64,000 nt of DNA from Christensenellales bacterium (GTDB taxonomy: Bacteria; Bacillota; Clostridia; Christensenellales; CAG-917), in assembly GCA_048394785.1 (NCBI GenBank), contig DBFJGL010000111.1:152-64151 (forward strand). Direction: 5' to 3'. The position numbers were made by a program, and so were the translations under genes. The notes under the pieces were generated by a model, which did no database searches, was not told the origin of the DNA, and was given only the letters and a program-made list of their open reading frames with translations. Of the stretch, positions 57,470 through 64,000 are shown piece after piece. Positions within the stretch are counted from its first letter, which is position 1, and the number at the start of each line of letters is the position of its first letter.

Positions 57470-57509
57470 AATTTCTCCCGAAAAACGCTCCTTTCGGAGC
57501 GTCTTTATA

Positions 57510-58082
57510 TCATTCCATACTTTTCAAAACCACTGCAAGAAATTTGCAATCCCTGCCGCCCACCGCAATCATACCGTGCGGCTGTGCGCTGTCGTAATAA
57601 ATTGTGTCGCCCTCGTTCAGCAGTTCCGTTTTACCGTTTACGCTGACAAGCAGCTGTCCGCTGAGAATATAGTCCATCTCCTGTCCCTTGTGCGTGGAAA
57701 GCGCGATCGGTCTGTCCTCCGCGCCCTCGATATAAGGAGCGTTGACAAGAAACGGGTCCGCGGTGCGGCCTTTGAAATTGTGCGCGAGGTGCTCGTACGT
57801 GAACAGATGTCTGCGCTCGGTAACGACGCCCTGCCCGGAATGCACTACGCTGTAACTGCTGAGTCTCGGCGACGAACCGGTGAGCAAAGCCGCAACGTCC
57901 ACGTTGAGTTTTGCGGCGCAGTTATAAAGCATAGTTACGGAAAAGTCCTTTGAACCCGTTTCGTATTCGAGATAAGCCTGTTCTCCAAGCCCCGTAACCT
58001 CTCCCATTTCGGCAGGGGTAACGTCCATAATCTCTCTCAAATCTTTGAGTCTTGCCGCTATTTCCGCATTATTGTTAGCCAT
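57510..58082 (-). CDS. XRE-family HTH plus cupin-domain transcriptional regulator
   Basis: N terminus IAARLKDLREIMDVTPAEMGEVTGLGEQAYLEYETG (HTH_XRE). The C-terminal cupin region reads GDTIYYDSAQPHGM. I prefer the start at 58082 (MANNNAEI). Confidence 0.8.
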   Translation of the reverse strand: MANNNAEIAARLKDLREIMDVTPAEMGEVTGLGEQAYLEYETGSKDFSVTMLYNCAAKLNVDVAALLTGSSPRLSSYSVVHSGQGVVTERRHLFTYEHLAHNFKGRTADPFLVNAPYIEGAEDRPIALSTHKGQEMDYILSGQLLVSVNGKTELLNEGDTIYYDSAQPHGMIAVGGRDCKFLAVVLKSME

Positions 58083-58199
58083 ACGAAGCATCCTTTTGTT
58101 TTTTGTATATTTTATCAAACCGCACAATAGATGTCAATGCGTCCGCACAACCTCAACGCATTTCATATATATGATAATGTCGAAACGTTTGGAGGGCTT

Positions 58200-59936
58200 A
58201 TGTGCGGAATTGTCGGATATACCGGGTATCAGAACGCAAGAAATATAGTAATAGACGGTTTGAAAACGCTGGAATACCGCGGTTACGACAGCGCAGGCAT
58301 CGCGCTCGCGGGCGACGACGGCGAACTTACGCTGTATAAGAGCGGCGGCAGAGTGCGCGAACTCGACCGTTCCGCGCCCTATACTTCGTCGCATACGGCA
58401 ATAGGACACACGCGTTGGGCTACGCACGGCGAACCGAACGCCAGAAACTCCCACCCTCATCTGTCTTTCGACGGCGAATTGGCGCTGGTGCACAACGGGA
58501 TAATCGAAAATTGCGCGGAGCTCAAAACATCGCTGCTCGCTCGGGGGATTTCCTTTTCTTCGGACACCGACTCGGAAATAATAGCGCACTTTCTCGCCAC
58601 CGAACTGCGCCGCTCGGACGCTCATACCGAAAAGGATATAATCGAAGCGGTGTATAACGTCGCCGAAAAGCTCGACGGGGCGGCAACGTTTCTGTTCATA
58701 AGGCGGAACGACGACAAAATATACTGCTTCCGCCGCGGCGCGTCGCTTGCCGTTGCCGCTCAGAAAGGAGAATGCTTTGCGGCGAGCGATACTCTCGCAA
58801 TCACCGCCTATACGCGCGACGTAATCGTACTCAAAGACAACGAATGCGCCGTTCTGTCCCCGTCGGGAATAACCCTTTACGACGACAGAGGGAAATTTTT
58901 CCGCTCCCCCGTTACCGTTAACAGATTGGCTCCGCCCGAGTACAACTGCTTTATGCGCTCGGAAATAGACGAAATCCCGTCCGCCCTGCTCAGAACGTAC
59001 GAAAGCTATCTGAATTTCAGATTGCCCGAGGGCAGTTTCGACAAAATCTGCATATCGGGGTGCGGTACCGCCTACCACGCAGGGTTATACGGCAAAGAAG
59101 TCATAGAAAATCTTGCGGGAATACCCGTTGAAGTTCACGTCGCAAGCGAGTTTTCGCGCGCGCGATTTGTAAGCAAAAGCACGCTTGCCGTCTTCATAAG
59201 TCAAAGCGGCGAAACGGCGGACACTTTGTTTGCCTGCCGCAGGGCGCAGACTATGGGCGCGGCAACCGTAGCCGTAACCAACGTCGAAGACAGCACTCTT
59301 GCAATGCAGGCTGACGCCGCCCTCTATATCGACGCGGGCGCGGAAGTCGCTGTTGCCGCAACAAAATCATATAACTGCCAACTTCTTGCGCTTTATCTTA
59401 TCGCTCTCTCGCTCTCGGGGAAAAGCCCCGACTACAATTCGATTGCCGCCCTGTCGCGGGCGGCGGAGGATATGGCGTGCGCAAACCCGTACGAGGAAAA
59501 AGTCAAAAACGCTACTTTGTTTTTCTTGGGCAAAGGACGCGACGAAATAACCGCGCGAGAAGGCGCGCTGAAATTCAAGGAGATAACTTATAAACCTGCG
59601 GAAGCTTACGCGCTCGGAGAGTTGAAACACGGCGCGATTGCGCTTATCGACAAAAATTCGTATGCGGTTATCGTGGCAACCGACGAGAGAGAAAAATATA
59701 AAATCAGCCTCGGAATAAGCGAACTGAAATCACGCGGAGCGACAACCGTTGCAATTTCCGCAATCGGCGACGTAGGGGCGGATAAAACGCTGTGCCTGCC
59801 CTATATTCCCGACGCGGAGCTTTATAATATTCTGAGCGTAATACCTCTGCAAACGCTTGCGCTCAACACCTCGCTCGCGCTCGGACTCAATCCCGACAAA
59901 CCGCGCAATCTTGCTAAAAGCGTAACCGTGATATAG
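58200..59936 (+). CDS. glmS: Glutamine--fructose-6-phosphate aminotransferase (isomerising)
   Basis: MCGIVGY N-terminal nucleophile, two SIS domains and the ending ...NLAKSVTVI. The ATG at 58200 follows GGAGGG. The ORF track's longer form starts at 58131. Confidence 0.96.
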   Translation: MCGIVGYTGYQNARNIVIDGLKTLEYRGYDSAGIALAGDDGELTLYKSGGRVRELDRSAPYTSSHTAIGHTRWATHGEPNARNSHPHLSFDGELALVHNGIIENCAELKTSLLARGISFSSDTDSEIIAHFLATELRRSDAHTEKDIIEAVYNVAEKLDGAATFLFIRRNDDKIYCFRRGASLAVAAQKGECFAASDTLAITAYTRDVIVLKDNECAVLSPSGITLYDDRGKFFRSPVTVNRLAPPEYNCFMRSEIDEIPSALLRTYESYLNFRLPEGSFDKICISGCGTAYHAGLYGKEVIENLAGIPVEVHVASEFSRARFVSKSTLAVFISQSGETADTLFACRRAQTMGAATVAVTNVEDSTLAMQADAALYIDAGAEVAVAATKSYNCQLLALYLIALSLSGKSPDYNSIAALSRAAEDMACANPYEEKVKNATLFFLGKGRDEITAREGALKFKEITYKPAEAYALGELKHGAIALIDKNSYAVIVATDEREKYKISLGISELKSRGATTVAISAIGDVGADKTLCLPYIPDAELYNILSVIPLQTLALNTSLALGLNPDKPRNLAKSVTVI

Positions 59937-60074
59937 ACTAGCGCCGCAGTCCGATTGTCGCAAAACGCACTCTCGCCGCACCGCCCGCACGAAATTTGCG
60001 ATAACTCGGAAACGAAATCGCACATGTGCGAAAATGCGGAAAAATACGGCGGCATAATTTGAGGAACAAAATAT

Positions 60075-60108
60075 AAAAACGCCGAAACTCAAATGAATAA
60101 TCTCGGCG
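60075..60108 (-). terminator. Possible terminator downstream of the EamA transporter gene
   Basis: The minus strand reads CGCCGAGA...TTTCGGCG (imperfect stem, about 13-nt loop), followed by TTTTTATATTTT. Confidence 0.45.
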
Positions 60109-60142
60109 CGCCGCAACTTAAACCGTCCGCTATATCAAAACG

Positions 60143-61105
60143 TCAAAACCGCACCGTTTTTCGGCGGTAATTCTTCCGGAACGCGCGCTCATAGGGGTTT
60201 TCGATAAATACGCGGTGCGGCTCGCAAACCGCAATGAACACCGCAATAAATATAACCGCGCACCCCGCTAGTTCCGAAGCGGTCGGTCGTTCGCCCAAAA
60301 TCATCATTCCGCCCAGCAGTCCGAACACCGATTCGAGGCTCATAAGCAGCGTAGCGGTTGTGGGCGGCGTAAGTTTCTGCCCTGCCGTCTGCAACAAAAA
60401 CGCCACGCCTGCCGACATAACGCCGACGTAAAGCATAGGCAAAATGCACGCATTTATGTTTTGTGCGGCGGGAAAACCGTTTATCGCCATAGCTGGCACG
60501 CTCAACGCCGCCGCGCCGACAAACTGCATAAACGTGAAACGAACGGGGCTGTTCCCCTCGATAAAAATATCCAGAAAAGATATTTGGAAAGAGAACATAA
60601 ACGCGCACAGCAACACCAATAAATCGCCCAAACTCAACGAAAAGTTTTCGCTTATGCACATCGTATAAAATCCCGCGACCGCTATGATTACCGCAATCCA
60701 CACGTTGGCGCGAGTCCGCTTTCCGCGCAGTATGCCCAGAACGGGCACGATTACAATGTATAAAGAAGTGATAAAACTTGCTTTGCCGACCGTCGTACTC
60801 TCTATGCCGAGCTGCTGCAAATTATTTGCGACAAACAATATCGCGCCGCAAAGCAGCCCACCCATCACAGTACTTTTATTCCACTTTGCGCAAGGTTTTC
60901 CGGTTTTGAAAGCAACAAACTCGTAAACGCCGAGTATAACGCCAATGGTTGCGGCGGCAAGCAGAAACCGCAGTCCGTTAAAAGAGATTGCGTCAAGATA
61001 TTCCGCCGCCCGACTCTGCGCCGAAAACGCAAAACCCCATATCAAAGCGGTGACAATCAACATCAGACTGCCCGCCGTTTTATGCTCAGACCGAACCGAA
61101 CTCAC
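60143..61105 (-). CDS. DMT-superfamily (EamA-like) transporter
   Basis: 320 aa with about 10 hydrophobic segments in two repeated halves, typical of EamA-domain permeases. Confidence 0.75.
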   Translation of the reverse strand: MSSVRSEHKTAGSLMLIVTALIWGFAFSAQSRAAEYLDAISFNGLRFLLAAATIGVILGVYEFVAFKTGKPCAKWNKSTVMGGLLCGAILFVANNLQQLGIESTTVGKASFITSLYIVIVPVLGILRGKRTRANVWIAVIIAVAGFYTMCISENFSLSLGDLLVLLCAFMFSFQISFLDIFIEGNSPVRFTFMQFVGAAALSVPAMAINGFPAAQNINACILPMLYVGVMSAGVAFLLQTAGQKLTPPTTATLLMSLESVFGLLGGMMILGERPTASELAGCAVIFIAVFIAVCEPHRVFIENPYERAFRKNYRRKTVRF

Positions 61106-61940
61106 CTGCCGTCACTATTTCTCCCCAACTTATTTTTCCGACCGAGCGCCCGTCGTCGACAAGAAGCGAGCCGTCGCCGTCCACGCCTACTGCTATTCCG
61201 CAAATTTCGGAATCCGCTCCGCAACGCACCGTCTGTCCCAAGGTTTCGAGCAACAAAAGATATTGCTTATAAATTTCGGTATCCGTCGTTTCTCTGCCCG
61301 CCGCAAAATCGCCGATAATTTCGTCCGTTAACGCCGCAACGTTATCTGCAAGTTTTGCCGCAAACGCAAGGCAGTCGTACGTTTTGCCGGAATGAATACC
61401 AAGCGACGTCGCTTTGTCTTGAAGTTCTTTAAGGTCGGACTCGGCGTAATTGAGGTTTACGCCCACGCCGAGCACAAGATACCGCGCGCCTCCGCAAACA
61501 ACGGTTTCCGGCAAAATGCCGCATACTTTTTTACCGTTCAACTTTACGTCGTTGGGCCATTTTACGGCACAGCCGTCCACGCCGAACTCTTTGATTGTCC
61601 CGCACACGGCAAGCGACGAAAAACAGCTTATCTTAGTGAGCGCGCCCGTATATTCTTCTTCGATTTTTCTTACGAAACTGACGTATGCTCCTTTATCGGG
61701 TTCGGACAGAAAACTTCTGTCATACCGTCCCCTGCCCGCCGTCTGTTCTTTTGCAAATAGCGCGAACGTATCGCCTAAGCCGCCCTGCCGCACAATTTGC
61801 TTTGCAACGGCGTTTGTACTGCCGACGCTGTCCGCAATATACAGCTTAATGCCGCCGTCCGTCGTTATATGCGAAAAGCAAGGCAACGTATTGCCTTGCT
61901 CTTTGCTTTTAGAACGATGCGAACAAAAAATCTTTCGCAT
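61086..61940 (-). CDS. birA: Biotin--[acetyl-CoA-carboxylase] ligase (class I, no N-terminal HTH evident)
   Basis: Motifs QTAGRGRYDRSF and KWPNDVKLNGKKVCGIL. The exact start is uncertain, and the 3' end overlaps the EamA gene by 20 nt. Confidence 0.85.
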   Translation of the reverse strand: MRKIFCSHRSKSKEQGNTLPCFSHITTDGGIKLYIADSVGSTNAVAKQIVRQGGLGDTFALFAKEQTAGRGRYDRSFLSEPDKGAYVSFVRKIEEEYTGALTKISCFSSLAVCGTIKEFGVDGCAVKWPNDVKLNGKKVCGILPETVVCGGARYLVLGVGVNLNYAESDLKELQDKATSLGIHSGKTYDCLAFAAKLADNVAALTDEIIGDFAAGRETTDTEIYKQYLLLLETLGQTVRCGADSEICGIAVGVDGDGSLLVDDGRSVGKISWGEIVTAGEFGSV

Positions 61941-61949
61941 AAAAGTTTA

Positions 61950-63125
61950 TCAGCCGCCGAACACCGCGAGCAGGAAGCCTGCCGCAACCGCCGAACCGAT
62001 GACGCCTGCGACGTTGGGTCCCATTGCGTGCATAAGCAGATAGTTGCCGGGCTTGTATTTAAGTCCCATAAGGTTGGACACACGCGCCGCCATAGGAACG
62101 GCGGAAACGCCTGCGGAACCGATAAGCGGATTGATTTTGCCTTTTGTGAGCCAGCACAGCAGTTTTCCGAACAGCAGTCCGCCGAACGTGGAGAGCACAA
62201 AACCTGCAAGTCCGAGCGCCACGATTTTAAGAGTATCGAGGGTAAGGAAGGTGTCGTAACGAGCCGTTGCGCCGACCGCGATACCGAGGAACAGCGTAAC
62301 GATGTTCATAAGCGCGTTCTGCGCGGTATCCGACAATCTGTCCGTCACGCCCGTTTCTTTGAGCAGGTTGCCGAACATAAGGCAGCCGAGCAAAGGAGCG
62401 ACAGAGGGGAGCAACAAGCTTGTGATTATGGTGACGAGAATGGGGAAAACGACTTTTTCGGTTTTGCTGACTTTTCTCGCCGGAGTCATTACGATAGCGC
62501 GCTCTTTCTTCGTCGTGCAAAGCTTCATAATCGGGGGCTGAATGAGCGGAATGAGCGCCATATACGAGTACGCCGCAACCGCAATCGCCGCAAGCAGTGC
62601 GGGAGCGAGAGTCTTTGTAAGGAATATGGCGGTAGGACCGTCTGCGCCGGCAATGATGGATATGGAAGCCGCCGCCTCGCCGTTAAAGCCCAACGCCACC
62701 GCAAGTATAAAGACAAGCCATATACCGAGCTGCGCCGCCGCGCCGAGTATGAGCGATTTCGGATTTGCGATGAGCGGTTCGAAGTCGGTCATCGCGCCTA
62801 CGCCGATAAATATCAGACAGGGATAAACGCCCGTCTTTACGCCTATGTAAATTACGTCGAGCAATCCGCCCTTTTGCAGTACGCTGACGTAATCGACCGT
62901 GGTTTCGTTCCACATTTCGGGGTGGAAAATTCCCGCCTGCGGAAGGTTGGTAAGAAGCATACCGAACGCAATACCGACAAGCAGCAGAGGCTCGAACTTC
63001 TTCTTGATGCCGAGATACAGGAAGAAGCACGCAAGCAGTATCATTACAATGGCGAGGGGTTCTTCACCGAAAGCGGAGAGTCCGCTGTCCTCCCATAGAT
63101 TTTTCAGAGTTTCGACGAAATCCAT
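61950..63125 (-). CDS. Sodium ion-translocating decarboxylase beta subunit (OadB/GcdB/MmdB family)
   Basis: 391-aa polytopic membrane protein with the family regions ...GANPLIGSAGVSAVPMAARV... and ...LLMHAMGPNVAGVIGSAVAAG. Confidence 0.88.
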   Translation of the reverse strand: MDFVETLKNLWEDSGLSAFGEEPLAIVMILLACFFLYLGIKKKFEPLLLVGIAFGMLLTNLPQAGIFHPEMWNETTVDYVSVLQKGGLLDVIYIGVKTGVYPCLIFIGVGAMTDFEPLIANPKSLILGAAAQLGIWLVFILAVALGFNGEAAASISIIAGADGPTAIFLTKTLAPALLAAIAVAAYSYMALIPLIQPPIMKLCTTKKERAIVMTPARKVSKTEKVVFPILVTIITSLLLPSVAPLLGCLMFGNLLKETGVTDRLSDTAQNALMNIVTLFLGIAVGATARYDTFLTLDTLKIVALGLAGFVLSTFGGLLFGKLLCWLTKGKINPLIGSAGVSAVPMAARVSNLMGLKYKPGNYLLMHAMGPNVAGVIGSAVAAGFLLAVFGG

Positions 63126-63134
63126 AGCAACCTC

Positions 63135-63533
63135 TTACAAAATTTCGACGAGCGGTGCGTCGGTGGAAACGCTTGCGCCTTTGGCTACGAAAATTTGTCC
63201 CACCTTTCCGTCCTTGGGTGCCACGATTTCGTTTTCCATCTTCATTGCTTCGAGGATAACGAGCAAATCGCCTGCCTTGACAGCCTGACCGGAAGTTACT
63301 TTAATTGCGTTTATCGTGCCGGGCATAGGAGCGTTTACGGTGTTTGCGCCTGCCGCGGGAGCGGAAGCTGCGGGTGCGGCAACGGGAGCCTGCGCCGCAA
63401 CGGGTGCGGGTGCGGGCGCCGCAACGGGCGCAGCAACGGGCTGAGCCGCTTCGTATTCGGACTGAATAACCGCCTGTCCCTTTTCGACCTCTACTTCATA
63501 TATCTTACCGTTCAACGTAACCTTATAAATCAT
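63135..63533 (-). CDS. Biotin carboxyl carrier subunit of the decarboxylase (biotinyl/lipoyl domain)
   Basis: 132 aa with an Ala/Pro linker (AAPVAAPAPAPVAAQAPVAAPAAS) and the biotinylation motif LEAMKMENEI. Confidence 0.88.
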   Translation of the reverse strand: MIYKVTLNGKIYEVEVEKGQAVIQSEYEAAQPVAAPVAAPAPAPVAAQAPVAAPAASAPAAGANTVNAPMPGTINAIKVTSGQAVKAGDLLVILEAMKMENEIVAPKDGKVGQIFVAKGASVSTDAPLVEIL

Positions 63534-63991
63534 TTTTCCTCTCCTTCGCCGATGTATTTGATGGATTTGAACCGAAGCTCGTTTAAGGGAGTTTCGGTGG
63601 CGTCGGCGACGATTGCCATAATCATAGCCGCGTCGCGCTCGCTTGTTTTGACAAGTTTAAGTTCTCCGCAAGTGCCTATCGCAAGTTCCTGCTCGACAGC
63701 CGTCACGGTTGCGGCAACGGGCTGTTGTTCCGCCGCCTTTTTCTTGCCTATGCTCTTAATCTTATCGGGCAGCGCACACATTGCTCCGCCGAACTTAGTC
63801 GCCTTGAATTTTGCCGCCGCCTCGGGTGACTTTTTGAAAATCTCGCCCATAAGCCAGATGACGAACATCAGGAATATCAGCACAACGAAGACGATAACGA
63901 AACCGATGACCGCAATCAGCAGAGAATCGGTTATGCTGACGTCGGTGGGGTTCGTCGCGCTTGCGAGTGCGAATGAAAACAAGTTAGACAT
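63530..63991 (-). CDS. OadG-family small membrane subunit of the Na+-decarboxylase, with a C-terminal extension
   Basis: 153 aa with an N-terminal TM anchor LLIAVIGFVIVFVVLIFLMFVIWLMGEIF. Its stop overlaps the next gene's start (ATGA). The catalytic alpha subunit presumably lies beyond 64000. Confidence 0.7.
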   Translation of the reverse strand: MSNLFSFALASATNPTDVSITDSLLIAVIGFVIVFVVLIFLMFVIWLMGEIFKKSPEAAAKFKATKFGGAMCALPDKIKSIGKKKAAEQQPVAATVTAVEQELAIGTCGELKLVKTSERDAAMIMAIVADATETPLNELRFKSIKYIGEGEEK

Positions 63992-64000
63992 ACGCCCTCC

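Noticed and set aside
58083-58199. glmS ribozyme upstream of glmS.
   Set aside because: Only about 118 nt separate the divergent regulator start from the glmS ATG, and they are AT-rich without the conserved ribozyme core. That is too short and too unstructured. A covariance-model scan would settle it.
60018-60031. Perfect 14-bp palindrome TCGCACATGTGCGA downstream of glmS, considered as an operator site.
   Set aside because: It lies in a convergent intergenic region with no promoter to regulate. It has no loop, so it is not a good hairpin, and there is no flanking T run, so it is not a terminator. A single occurrence could be chance.

Overview
This is a core-chromosome window from a moderate-GC Bacillota (Clostridia-like) genome, and nearly all of it is transcribed on the minus strand. 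From left to right it contains: the 3' end of an XRE-type gene; a 16S-23S-5S rRNA operon (minus strand, no tRNA in the spacer); mnmA, cysK and an IMPase gene; and one tRNA-Arg(CCG) followed by an unusual tandem triplication of its own 3' end. Next comes a housekeeping and metabolic stretch: M28 peptidase, lipid kinase, MFS transporter, Fe-ADH, gap, a four-gene SDR/flavodoxin-ferredoxin/response-regulator/kinase operon, M29 aminopeptidase, fba and a TtcA-like gene. A 25-kb co-directional block follows, in transcription order rpoB-rpoC-metK-recD2-comFC-secA-prfB-tsaD-L7Ae-rpsL-rpsG-fusA-tuf-rpmG-secE-nusG-rplK-rplA-rplJ-rplL. The right end carries rqcP(yabO)-ispDF, a small lipoprotein gene, rpsI-rplM, a GH31 hydrolase with an XRE-cupin regulator, glmS, an EamA transporter, birA, and three subunits of a Na+-translocating biotin decarboxylase. 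I saw no CRISPR array, transposase, integrase, prophage, toxin-antitoxin or recognisable defence genes, and no convincing new multi-gene system. The observations most worth follow-up are: (1) the 136-bp-period repeat of the tRNA-Arg 3' end, each copy with its own terminator; (2) the translationally coupled redox/two-component operon, whose kinase has no N-terminal sensor and is anchored by C-terminal hydrophobic segments; (3) a GC-rich palindromic repeat family confined to two intergenic regions flanking rplM-rpsI; (4) the permuted ribosomal/RNAP gene order, with metK fused behind rpoC and no riboswitch. All coordinates for RNA ends, promoters and terminators were read by eye and are approximate.
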